A DNA stretch of 63,600 nucleotides, counting the filler, from Choristocarpus tenellus KU-1152 (Eukaryota > Protista > Phaeophyceae), in assembly GCA_964200185.2 (NCBI GenBank). It is 11 parts of 11 records of this genome, joined end to end, with 100 filler letters (N's around TTAATTAATTAA, not from the genome) between each part and the next. Parts side by side here need not be neighbours in the genome. Positions count along the whole stretch, not along the records: positions 1 to 12,533 come from CAXNAD020001806.1; 10 more parts are not named here. One strand, 5' to 3'. Under the pieces are notes generated by a model. The model was not told the origin of the DNA. It made no database searches and saw nothing but the letters and a program-made list of their open reading frames with translations. This document shows, in pieces, positions 1 to 12,089 of the stretch. Both the position numbers and the translations under genes were made by a program. The first letter of the stretch is position 1, and the number at the start of each line of letters is the position of its first letter.

Positions 1-3000
1 ATTTAACACACCTACTACCCAGCCACTCAGCAACAAATCATCTACCCATCTGGCCCATTGGTCCCTAATGATGATGCGGCTATGTTGTCTCCAAGTAATG
101 TGGCATCATTTTCAACAACATAATTGACCAGTTTTTTGTCCGAAGAGGGGGGGCATAAAAACTACACACTCAAATCATTGGACTTGATTTGTATTTCTAG
201 GTCAAATACCCTCATAATTGAGCAGGCTAGAAGAGCATCTAACCCAGAAAGGTTCAATTGTCTGAAACCCATCAAACATTCCAGATGGGTTGAAAGCATC
301 AAATGTACCTCAAGCATGCTATGGTCATATATCCGGCCAAGGCACTCGATATAGCCGTCACTCCCACTCCTGTAAGGAAAAAGGGATGTGGCCTATTAAT
401 GCATATTTTGGAGAGTAATAAGGATCGCAGGCCCCCATTCACACTGCTAAAATATTGATTAAACCTCCCCTCAGACAGAAGGTTCGACCTCCTTAGAGAC
501 CATGCTTCCCTGTCCTTTGCCAACCCATCCCTATATGCTACATGGTTGGATGCACTTGGCATTGCAGCAAGAGGCATGGAGGGAGTTGACTGGGTCGGAA
601 ATAGGACACAAACATGGGAGAGTTGCTACTTGTATCACGGAAAAATTACTATTTCAGAAGGAGAATGACCTTTTGTATCACCCGGGGATGCCCCAGGGGC
701 CCCTCAGCCATATTGGACACCAAATTTATACACTTCAAGGTTAGCAGTGACCTAGTAACAGAGGGCATGGTTCACTGACTACCTAAAGCAGATGATACCA
801 ATCCTAAACAACCATATTTTTGTTTTGTGCCTGGCTGGGGTATAATGGTATTCCCACATTTGGCAGGTCACAAAATGAAGCTTTCATCTCAGTACTCTGT
901 AACACGAACACAGTATAATGCAACAATCGACCCATACAGCTGCAACATAGTTTGGAATTTGGAATCATTTGTTAACAGAGTCTTCATAGCCCATGGCATG
1001 GCAATGATACCCATAATCCAAAGATCAATACTGTGAGTCCCACACTCGATGCCCGGTACCCTGTAACAATTGAAAATAGCAGCACCGGGATGTCATGAGA
1101 GGGAACTGAAGGGGAAGAGAAGAAGAGGATGTTGTATGGTGAGTAATGGGTGACACCGTGTACAAAATGGTACATGGAACAGCCAAGAATGACATCAAAT
1201 AGAACAAAGAACAAACACCAAGAGGCAAGGATGGAAGTACAAAAAAGGAAAAGTACAACTCTTCAATCTCTCCTTTCCTATTATCAGTTTTGAAGATTCG
1301 AAATATTAGGTAATTTGTCATTTGGTTTAGCCATCACCCCTTTGCACCAATTAAATCTCAACTTCCAAATCAACATGAACTAAGGAGGAGGCTGGGGCAA
1401 GCACTCACCATCTGCCACAATGAAATTGAGGTTTTATTCACCAACGGCGCCAACAGCCCTGCGAAATATGGCATATCCTTCTTATGCTTCCTGCAGTTCA
1501 ACAACATCACGTGCTCCTCTTGACCGCAAGTTGTGCGCTGCACGTTAACCACACCAGGGTCTCCCTGCAAACATGTCCAACTGGTATTATGACCCGCAAC
1601 ATAAGATAATACTAGGGGTGTCAGGTGTAAACAAGTAACGTGACTCATCTCACTGGTTCATCTGCATCAAAATGTTTGAAGCCGAAGTCCCTAACCCTTA
1701 TCCGGACGTTTGTCCGTTCATTGTGCAAACTGTACCCCCTACATCGTCCTTGTACTCAGGTCTGCAAGTCCTTCACGTTCCAACCTCCCGGTCATGGCCG
1801 GTGCTCGATAAAGTGATCCGATGTTCTTCTATCCATGTAGGGTCGTCGTTATCGGTACATTATCGGCTCTTGAACATCTCTCGAAAATCTTAATTATGGT
1901 TGGTGATTAGAGATTACCCAGTTTTGCGGTCCCCTCCACAATACTGATCGGTTCCGGTGAAATGCCCAACCAATCTATCCATACACACCTTCAAGGAGAG
2001 ACCTTAGAACAACTACTTTCCCTTCTGACTGGTGGAAGGTCCTGCCTGGCACTATGCCATCCCCAAGAAATGGGTGAGCTCCTCGCACAGGTCGATTTGG
2101 TCCACGCTTGGCGCCCTTACCTTCACACCAATGACACCATCAGATAATGGTATGCGCTGCTGAGCCATTACCACCTCGTGACCTTCAATCTTGCAGTTAT
2201 GAGGTTGGCTCGCGCCTTTGGTGTTGACTCGTTCAAGGGGAGGTGTGGACTCAACAGAGTATCTGTACCATGATCTAGGATATATTGATTGTACCAACCG
2301 TAAAGAGTTTGGACATTTTGAAAAGGGTATGTAAGAACCAAGAATGTACCCTTGCCTGCCCGTCAGCACCAACCTTCTTGCCCGTCAAACTCACACGTCC
2401 CGTCCTTTGACCTTGTTGAAGATCATCCCTAACTTGAAACGTAATTACGCGAACAGGCACCTTGACGGCATCAATCACCAATCTTCCACATGCATATTTT
2501 AGTGCTGCTCTCTGTATCGTAACCTGCAGTCACGTTTTCTCATCGCCATCACACGTCCCACCACACCAAGTAAACAAGGCAAAGTCCAAGCAACCAACGC
2601 CCGTCCACCCAAGACGACGGTTTCGGCTGGGTCGAAGACACCGCCATTTCCACACTGGAAGGTTAGAATTGGGAGCCTTTACGATCCACACTGAAGACCC
2701 ACCCTACTTCGGGTAGAATCACAGAACATTACTTCGGTCCTTGGGCGTAGCCAACGTCCATTCCATGCCAAGATGGAGAATAATGGTATTGTGAGCGGCA
2801 TCAAGGTCTTCGTTTGTGAAGACGACCAGGAATGGAAGGCCCATCCCCATGTTTCATTACTTCCAAAATACCCCGGAGTACATTCTTCGGCTCGATCAAG
2901 AATTACCTCAAATGCCAAGACTGCAGATGCGGCGGGCAGGAGTGTTCAAGACGCCCCTCTCGCAACCACTTCTCTTCTCAATCATCCAGTTCAACTAGAA

Positions 3001-3061
3001 TGATACAACGATTGCCCTTCTTCCATCTCAGCGAGTTGTAGGGTACACTTGCACTCCCTTA

Positions 3062-5261
3062 ATGCACCACGTCTTCTCGTCCTTTCGAAACGACTCAAGT
3101 TTCCCAAACGTGCACCACTATCCCCTGTCCCCTCCTCCCCTCAATACGCTTTCACACGGATTGCAACGTAACAGTATCATCTCGGAGGCAACAGATAGAC
3201 CAACTCGTACAGTCCTCCGAGATAGGATGGTTGGCATGGAGGAAATTGCGAAGCAGGTGGATGAGGTGGACGTCATGAGTGCAAGAGGTACAAAGGCATC
3301 CAACCTCTGCACAAAAGATTTGGAAGTATTGATGCAGAAGGCAAAGATCTGGGGGGCCGACATGCGCAATGAAGGCAGTGAAGAATCTGTAACAAAGAAA
3401 AAGCTGGACGGTTGCAGGATGGAGCTGGCTACAGTGAAGAGTGAAGTGATTCGTTGTAGAATTACGACGGCTGGGGCCTTGTCGGAGAGTGCTGAGGCTT
3501 GGGATGTGGCTCGTGTTGCCCACAAACACGCTTCTGACGGAACTGATATGGTTGAGACCCTCAGCAAGAAGATCAAAGGTTGCACTGAAAAGAGGGAGAC
3601 TACTGGCAGTGCTGTTGGTGAAGCATTTGCAGGATGGCATGCTGCGGGTCAGGCAAAGCAGGAAGTCTACATATTGGAACAAAAACTGTGTATGCTCCAA
3701 TGTGAAGCCAAACAGGAAGTCCACGCCTTTGAAAAAAAATTACATGCACTTCAGTTTGAGATGGGTGAATGGAGAGCCGATGTCTTGAAAGTTGGGCAGT
3801 ACATTGGAAAACTAGAGACCAGTCTGGTGGAATCTCAGGGCTATATTGCCGGAATAGAGACCGAACTTGTTGAGACTCGAAAGAGGTTGCATGATTCGAG
3901 ACAAGAGATTGTTATTTGCAGGCATGACGTGGCAAAGTTGCAGGTTGAATCTGATTTGAACAAGGCCCATGCAGAAGAGCTCAAGGAACAACTGGACACT
4001 CTCCTGGACGAGGTCAAGGTCCGCAAGGAGAATGCTGCTCTAGCTGATGGTCGAGCTAGGAATCTTGAAGGAAAACTTGCCGAGGCACAGGGGGGCTGGA
4101 AAGCTTCTCGGCAGCAAGTCAGGGAGAGCGCAAAATCATCTATCTTGGGAACATCGAATTTGGGCATGGGGCCAGTACCCTTTCAAGTCTTGCCGTGTGA
4201 CAGGTTGACTGCCTCAAAGGAGGAAATGATGGCTGGAGAGATAGCCGCTGCGGCTGTGCGAGAGGTATCGAAACTGAGGCAAGAGGTTACTGCTGCGCAG
4301 AACGAGGTCCAGATAGCGAAGAGTGATGTGCAGGCTGCCAAGCTAGATGCCTCCACAGCAAGGAAGGAGGCATCTGCAGTAAGGGATGACTTACTGCAGT
4401 CTTGCCTCGACAAGACAAATATCAAGCTCGACATGAAGCGGGTCAGTGAAGAGGCCAGGAAGTCGAATTGTATTGCCGAGGAGAACACCGTGAAGATGAT
4501 GAGAAATATGCAGAGAGCACTTCTTATTGCTAATGATAGGACACACATGGCTGTGGAGGAGGCCAAAACAGCCAGGTAAGATCCTGCACTAGTTCTCAAA
4601 GTATTATACACTAGTAGGTAGTCGTGGGGGACATCTTTGAAGACCTCCACTCCGAAGCACCTGTTAAGAAAGTGAATGCATCTCATGTTGCCCAATAATT
4701 TCTCCTTTACATTTGGGATGGGAATGAGGTGTCCAGCAGGAGGTATGAAATGTCCTACACACTCATAAGATGGCTGTGAGTTGATCCCTCTCTAAGATAG
4801 GATGGCTAGACAATTACAGTTGTTTTGGAGGAGTGGTGCGCAATGCCTTGCTCAGACACATTGTCAAGGGTGTGTTCATTTGCTTGATTTAAGAAAAGGA
4901 TATTGTTGATGAAATTTCATAGCAGAAGGCAAAGCATCACTTTATTTTTCCCTTCTTACCAAGGCCATGTGTTCCATATCAACAATAAAGGAGTAGGGTA
5001 TAAACACTGCCTGCCTTCTTCGCTACTGACAGGTGGCAGCAGGAGCAACAGTTCATCGCTGCTTACAACTCCAGGATGTGCTTGAACTGCAATACGATGG
5101 CAACACAATGTGTCAATGACTCAACAAACAAGTACACCGCCCACATTGCTCGAACTGGATCAGCTTTGCACATGCGGACCAACCATGGCCACCATGTAAC
5201 CCCAGTGAATGAGCACCGGATGGCATGGGACAGACTTGGAGGAGGAAATAGGAGGGTCTAG
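3062..5261 (+). CDS. Long coiled-coil protein of unknown function; model join(3062..4575,5033..5261), start uncertain
   Basis: 505-codon A/E/K/L-rich heptad ORF ending at donor AG|GTAAG (4576). The acceptor CTGACAG (5032) is phase-compatible and continues R-WQQEQQFIAAYNSRMCLNC...RRV*. Confidence 0.65.
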
Positions 5262-6218
5262 GCCACGAGGATCCTGAGGATGTAGTACGCTTGTCCCACC
5301 TTCCACGAGGTAGAACGAGTTTATCCACAGCAGAGTGTTGAGGTGTATGTGTTGGTAGCGGGGTTGATGGCCCAGGTGATGTGACTCTAGCTAGGTTTGT
5401 CTGTGTTAATACCTGTAGTTCTAGATCTCGAACTGTGTCTATCTCAGGATATGGCCTCCAATGTAGCACTTAGAGAGTTGTTGGCTGGTTTTGTTGCTAG
5501 CTGTTGTACACATGGGAAATGGACAAGAACGATTGTTGTTCTGGCATACCCGTTGATGACCAATCTACTCATGATGTTGCTCAGCATATGGCTGGTGTAC
5601 ATTAGGATTAGAGCTAGTATTAGTGTAGCAGCTGGAGGGGTGACATGCTTTGATGTTCAGTGTCCTTCAACTGGTCTGTAAGGTGTGTGGTTGTTTGTGT
5701 TTGTATGTGCCTGTGATTTCTTCTAAGTCATTTGGTCGTTCTTGAACGGTAGCATTTTGACCTTCGAGTTTGAAAGTGGACAGTAGAAATACCTTCTATC
5801 CTCAGACTCACTAATCATCTTCACTCAATCTGTTTACAACAACACCATAGAGGAGGTTGTGAAAATTTGTGGAGTTAGAACAAAATCAAATACATGGTCA
5901 ACAATGATGCGGTAAATACTCTAACCTCAATTAACATTTGTAGAATCTTGTGCAGTACATAATCAGCTCGAGGTAGACAACAAGAGTGATTCTCAGTACA
6001 TCAAGCACTCTCCTATCAACAATTCTGATTTTGTCTCTAATCAACATCAAATTAAGCATCACAATATATGCTCTATTAGTGATAAGAAATAGGTTTGAAT
6101 TAATTTCTAAGGTACAGATGAGAAACCAACAATTTCAATGACATTAGGATAGGTCAACAGGAAAGGACACAGAAATCACAAACATTCAAGACGAAGAAAT
6201 ACCCAAGTTCACACTTAG

Positions 6219-6290
6219 CACTGAGCTAATTTCGTGCCAAGGATAAGGTCTGAAGGCCTGAAAGTTTGCCAAACGCTCCAGGAATGGTTC
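6219..6290 (-). pseudogene. 72-nt LRR pseudo-exon (GTIPGAFGKLSGLQTLSLARN*LSG)
   Basis: TAG where the 6867 and 7513 exons have CAG; donor reads CTAAGTGT instead of GTAAGTGT. Confidence 0.88.
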
Positions 6291-6866
6291 CTGTCTAGAA
6301 CAAAGTTGAGTTTCAAAAGCCATTCAATTTTCACAATACACAAAACAATGATTAGTCGAAAGTGGAGTGACTAAGCTTGCAAATCTTAAAGCACTTCTCT
6401 TCTCGCAGTCACACATTCTCAAATAAGTTCTATCCTCAGACTCACTGAATATGTTGGCTCAACCTATTTACAACAACGCCAAGGTCATGAACATAGTGGA
6501 GCTAGCACAAACAAAATACATGGTTAACTATGACGCGGTGAGTAATATGACCCCTATTAACATCTGTATACTTTTGCCCAGTACAAATATTAGCTGGAGG
6601 TAGTTACCAAGGGTGATGCGCAGTACATCAAGCAACCTCATGCCAACACTTCTCATTTTGATACTAATCAACATCCAACGAAGAAGCATACTATTGCAAC
6701 AGAAGTGAAAAGAAATGGGATTCAATCCTTTCTATAGTGGACAAGTCAAAACAATACGAAGGTACAGATGAAACCAACATTTTCAACAACATTAGGATAG
6801 TTCAACAGGAAAGGCAACAAAAGGCAGAAACCTTTAAAGTGAAGAATTGCTCAATTTCACACTTAC

Positions 6867-6938
6867 CATTGAGCTGATTCCCTCCTAGAACTAACTTCTT
6901 GAAGGCAGACAGGTTGCCGAACGCTACAGGAATAGTTC
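6867..6938 (-). CDS. 72-nt LRR exon (GTIPVAFGNLSAFKKLVLGGNQLNG)
   Basis: CAG acceptor, GTAAGTGT donor, open frame, LRR consensus. Confidence 0.9.
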
Positions 6939-7512
6939 CTGTCAGGAACAAAATTGAATTGCAAAAGCAATTCAGATTTTACAATACACAAACAACTAGC
7001 CGAAAGTGGAGTTACAAGCATACAAACTAAAACACTATTGGTCTCTCACAATCACAAATTCTGAAGTACCTTGATATCCTTAGTCTAATTAAACATGTTA
7101 TCCCAACCTATTCACAACAACACCGTAGACAAAGTCAAGAAAAATAGTGGAGCTAGTACAAAACCAAGTACATGGTTAACTATGGTGCGGTAAGTAATGT
7201 AACCCCAATTGACATATATAGAACCTTGTCCAGCACAAACATCAGCTGGAGGTAAGACAACAAGGGTGATGCATAGGACATGAACACTCTCTCTGATTTT
7301 GACACAAATCAATATCAACCAAGCAGCACGAGATTGCAATATAAGTGATGAGAAACGATATTCAACCATTTCTGTATTGCAGCAGTCAAGTGTATGGAGG
7401 GTACAGAAGAAAACCATTTTTCACAGACATTAGGGTAGTTCAACAGGAAAGGCAACAAAACGGAGATACCTTCAAAATAATTAAATGAAGAAATGTCCAA
7501 GTTCACACTTAC

Positions 7513-7584
7513 CACTGAGCTGATCGTTGTGCAAAGATAGAGTCTGAAGAGTGGAAAGGTTGCCGAACACTCTAGGAATGGTTC
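7513..7584 (-). CDS. 72-nt LRR exon (GTIPRVFGNLSTLQTLSLHNDQLSG)
   Basis: CAG acceptor, GTAAGTGT donor, open frame, GxIPxxxGNLxxLxxLxLxxNxLSG consensus. Confidence 0.9.
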
Positions 7585-8164
7585 CTGTCAGGAACAAAGT
7601 CGAGTTGCAAAAGCCATTCAGGTTTCACAATACACAAACAAAGATTAGTCCAAAGTGGAGTGACAAAGCATGAAAAACAAAAGGCCCTTGTCTTCATACA
7701 TTCACAAATTCTCAAATGACCTCTATCCTCAGACCCACTAAACATCTTGACTCAACTGTTTTAGAGCGACGTTCCAGGTGAGGTCGTGAAAAATAGTGGA
7801 GTTGGCACAAAACAATATACACGTTAACTATGATGCTGTGAGCAATATAACCCCAATTGACATGTGTAGACCCATGTCCAGTGGATACATCAGCTGGAGG
7901 TAGACAACAAGGGTGATGTGGAATACATTAACCCCCCCCCTGTCAACCATTATGATTTCGATACTAATCAACATCAAACCAACTGCATAATACGACTCTA
8001 CTAGTGATAAAGAATGAGATTAATATATTTCTATGTTAGAAAAGTAAAAACATTATTAGGGTATAAATGAAAAACCAATATTTAACAACATTAGGGCAGT
8101 TGAAGAGGAAAGGACACAAATAGGACATACCTTCAAATGAAGAAATGTCGAAGCTCACACTTAC

Positions 8165-8236
8165 CACAGACTAGATTCAGACCCAAATCTAGTCTAACAA
8201 GGGCAGAAGGGTTGCCGAACGCTCCAGGAAGAGTCC
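8165..8236 (-). CDS. 72-nt LRR exon (GTLPGAFGNPSALVRLDLGLNLVCG)
   Basis: CAG acceptor, GTAAGTGT donor, open frame, 24-aa plant-type LRR consensus. Confidence 0.85.
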
Positions 8237-8815
8237 CTGTGAGTAACAAAATGTGAGTAGTGCAAAAGCCATTCAGATTTCACAATGTACAAACAATTAG
8301 TCAAAAGCGGAGTGACAAAGCATGCAAAACTAAAAATCCATCTCTTCTAGCAATCACCAATTCTCAATTACCTTCTATACTCAGATTCACCAAACATCTT
8401 CACTCAACCTATTTTCAAGAACGCCGTGGTCAAGTTTGTGAAAAATAGTGGAGCTAGTACAAAATAAAATACGAGTTACCTATGGTGCGGTGAGTAATGT
8501 AACCCCAATTAATTATGTAGAGACTCTTATCCAGTATAAACATCAGCTGGAGGTAAGCAACTGGGGTGATGCACTGTACATAAAATATTCTCCTGGCATC
8601 AGCTCTATTCTAGACCGTCAAAAATTATATTCAGTATAAGAAATATGAATCAGAACTCACGTAACAATTGTAATATTTACCCTATGGGACAAGTAGTGGT
8701 GTTTCTTCAGTTGGATCACACTTATCATTTGATCAAGTGCTAATGACTTGATATCACGCCTCCTACATATAAGAGTGAGTACAAATCTGATTTCTATGCC
8801 TAGATCAATAAACTT

Positions 8816-9456
8816 CACTATATACAAAAGAAGATACCCTTTCACATAATGGTTAACTGTCTCAGCACTATAGCTTGTACAACAAGGTATACTTCTGCTA
8901 AAGACATCCACATAGTCATTTAATACAATATACCCTTCATTGGAGTATTATTTGCTTTCTACAAAAAATGTTCAACAGTGTCAATGATATATATATATAT
9001 ATATATGGGTGAAAAAATATTCTGTAAGAACACTATATACAAAAGAAGATACCCTTTCACATAATGGTTAACTGTCTCAGCACTAAAGCTGGTACAACAA
9101 GATATACTTCTACTAAAGACATCCACATAGTCATTTAATACAATATACCCTTCATTGGAGTATTCTTTGCTTTCTACAAAAAATGTACAACAGTGTCAAT
9201 GATATATATATATATATGGGTGAAAAAATATTCTGTAAGAACACTATATACAAAAGAAGATACCCTTTCACATAATGGTTAACTGTCTCAGCACTAAAGC
9301 TTGTACAACAAGATATATACTTCTGCTAAAGACATCCACATAGTCATTTAATACAATATACCCTTCATTGGAGTATTCTTTGCTTTCTACAAAAATATAC
9401 AACAGTGTCAATGATATATATATATATATATGGGTGAAAATATATTCTGTAAGAAC
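8816..9456. repeat. Three near-identical tandem copies of a ~213-bp unit containing an (AT)n tract
   Basis: CACTATATACAAAAGAAGATACCCTTTCACATAATGG at 8816, 9031 and 9242. Confidence 0.95.
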
Positions 9457-10211
9457 AATTCCAAGGATGGAAGAGATAATGTATGTGTCCTGAAGAATAG
9501 AAACAATAAATAGGTGTTGATGAACTAGAACATGGAAGAGTTGAGGAAGAGGAAGTATTGTAGCAAGTGATCTGCACAGCAAGTAATCTGTGATTAATGA
9601 TAAGTAATCCACATAATAGGATAGATTTGGTGAAAGGGCCCCCCCCATTGGACTTGAAGTCTTACTCCTCCTTTCTCCTTTCTCACTTCATCTACAACCT
9701 GCTCATCTCATTAAGGAACTAATCGAGTCATCTATATACACAAGTCTTGGGAACATCAGCTTCCTTAACAGACAGGACTAATATGTGAATGGTTAGCTTT
9801 CACGACGTAGAATCACTTCAACATTTCTAGAGCACCCATCAGGCACATATCGAATAAAAATGAGTGAGTACTACAAAAATATGATAATCTCCCTACATGC
9901 AGTTAAAGTGATGAAACGTTTCAACCTCACTCATATAAATTTTACCAATTGATATTAGCGTAAATCCACATGTCTACAAATCAACAATATCTGGTAGTCA
10001 CAACTCCACCAACTTAGAAGGACATACATATTTGTCATGTTTTTTTGTTGCTTGAATTGTTTTTTTACCGCTACCTGCCTCATTTTTACAAACAATCAGG
10101 AAGGTGTGATTTTTCAGGATGTGGTAGCGTTGACTGAGCAACGGATACAGAAACTAGAGAACATGTTGTTCTACGAAACAAATACTATCCCAGATAAAGG
10201 CCATATTTTAC

Positions 10212-10282
10212 TACTGAGCACTACAGAGTGAGGACTAAAGATATTAGACTGGTCGGATTCTCCACTGCCGGAAATAAATGTT
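10212..10282 (-). pseudogene. Possible highly degenerate LRR exon (71 nt)
   Basis: CAG...GTAA boundaries 71 nt apart; translation ..PAVENPTSLISLVL.. loosely fits GNLxxLxxLxL; lies between the cap exon and the array. Confidence 0.3.
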
Positions 10283-11439
10283 CTGTTTGGAATCATTTTG
10301 GGGTACACAACAACGTAGAGATTATCAAATGAATAAAAATCCTTTCAATAACAATGTATGTGACAATAAAGACGGTAAGTTAGAGATAAGGTGACGAGCA
10401 ATGCCTTCCAACAAATTCACTAAAAAACCTCGACTGAAACAGGTATGCCACAGAGAACAAGATACGTATTAGCTCATAGACCGCATGAATTGAGGCATCA
10501 CAAAACTGATACTTTACTCTCTGCAACAAAATATCTATAGAACACTCTAAAGTAGCAGAAATGTTTTCTTCAGAGAGTGTATCATAATTTAGGTCATATA
10601 ACGGACGATTTGCCCAAAAATATGTTTCATTTAATTTTTTGTATATGTGCAAACATAATTTACTTATTTTCAACCTCCCATAACCAGAAACAAGATTGAA
10701 ATAGGGGTATCAATTTATACTTACTGCATATTCTGGCTAGAACGTACTGGTCACATATACTTTAGTGTAAGAGCTACTTCGTAGTCACCACTTACTTACA
10801 AACGTACAATGTGAAATATTCACGAAAACCAAGGTCGTTTACGTATGTAGATGCCAAAAGTAAGAGGCATGCAACATATCACAACAACAACAAAAAAGTT
10901 TGGTTCTGACACAGCTTCACTTCTGTACATTTTTTATACTTCACTACAACAGCCCTAACAATGCAGCTTTTTTTCCATCTCCCCTAACAAGAGTATTATA
11001 GGTTAAACCTTCGAAGACGGGCTCGCGTCGCCCCATAAATCCATCTGTTGTCACCTACAAAAGGGACCTAGGCGACGAATTCCCGTACAAGAGTAAAAAG
11101 GCGCTGCATCAGTGACGCCCCAAAATGACAGAAGTCAAGCTAACCCTAATGTACACATACCGCATCCCTTCTTAAGAACACTAGCGCGGAAAAACCTGGA
11201 TCAATACTGTATGATTGTGACGTCAGAGTCACTGGTCCATGTGTCAATACACATGTACATATGTTCAGTGTGAAGTTCTTGGTCATTCGCATCTGTACAC
11301 TACCTCCAAAAGCGAGTCAACACTATTGTGCCCTTCTATAGATACATCAAAAATAAGAAGTCAACTGTACAAAAAGCGACCTCGAAATGGACATGCACTC
11401 CACAAATTTGAAATATGAAACACGACAGTGAAATCTTAC

Positions 11440-11617
11440 CATTGAGGTTGATGCCACGAAGATCGACCTGAATCATGTGTCCTTCATTATCGACTTCAAC
11501 CTCGTATCACGTTGCCAGGTTATCCTGGTTGGAGTTCCAGCTTGTATTATGGTTCCATGAATCTCCATTTGTGGAGGCATAGAAATCAAGAAGAATCTTC
11601 CGTTGCTTGGCTGTCAT
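11440..11617 (-). pseudogene. LRR N-terminal cap exon with one premature TGA
   Basis: MTAKQRKILLDFYASTNGDSWNHNTSWNSNQDNLAT*YEVEVDNEGHMIQVDLRGINLNG|gtaag matches the LRR-cap pattern L..FY..T.G..W....W......W.GV..D..G.V..L.L..N.L.G; the stop replaces the conserved W. Confidence 0.85.
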
Positions 11618-12089
11618 CGAGAAGTGAAGGGCAGCAAGCGACACACACGATACCAAATCCATCAGTTGCTGTTCTCTGTTTGCCATTTCTTCTTCTCAAC
11701 CTATGACCTGAAACACCACGAAAACAACCCACCTGCCCTCTGAGATGACTCCAAACCCCAGGACGCCAAGAAATGCAATTTGCGTAGAATCTACGTGTTG
11801 GCCTTACCCCTTCCGTACGAGATCATCTATCATCTATTATCTATCAATCAGTGAGTTGATATGTGAAAGATGAGAGGGAAAGACGACAAGATAATAATAT
11901 TTCTAGTCCACAAACTCTCTACACACACATCACCTCTCTATTCAAAATATAATATCCAGAACTTGTCACCAATTAATTGTCGAAACGAGGGAGGTATGTA
12001 TGTCGTTATATCCTTATACCGTTATATGAAATATGCCCTATGGCATATACGATTATACCGATTGAGGTTTCATTGTCAGAAATCCTTGA

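Larger units (their letters stand above)
5770..8640. repeat. Diverged tandem array of ~650-bp units (~4.4 copies), each one LRR exon plus intron
   Basis: Motifs CTATCCTCAGAC, GTGGAGCTAG, CAGCTGGAGGTA, CAACAGGAAAGG and TTCACAATACACAA recur; exon starts at 6290, 6938, 7584 and 8236 (spacing 648, 646, 652). Confidence 0.92.
6219..11686 (-). pseudogene. LRR receptor-like gene of the brown-algal ROCO/LRR type: N-terminal cap exon plus 72-nt LRR exons, disrupted and 3'-truncated
   Basis: Cap exon 11440..11617 (in-frame upstream ATG at 11686), then four phase-1 72-nt LRR exons. In-frame stops at 11507-11509 and in exon 6219..6290. Confidence 0.85.

Noticed and set aside
170-760. Degenerate LINE reverse-transcriptase-upstream region on the minus strand
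   Set aside because: Only a vague resemblance, with no diagnostic RT motif.
5770-9456. Tandem repeats as a CRISPR array
   Set aside because: Units are 210-650 bp with no short-repeat/unique-spacer structure, there are no cas genes, and the context is eukaryotic.
8657-9660. LTR retrotransposon with a polypurine tract
   Set aside because: The G run is not followed by TG, and no PBS, paired LTRs or TSD were found.
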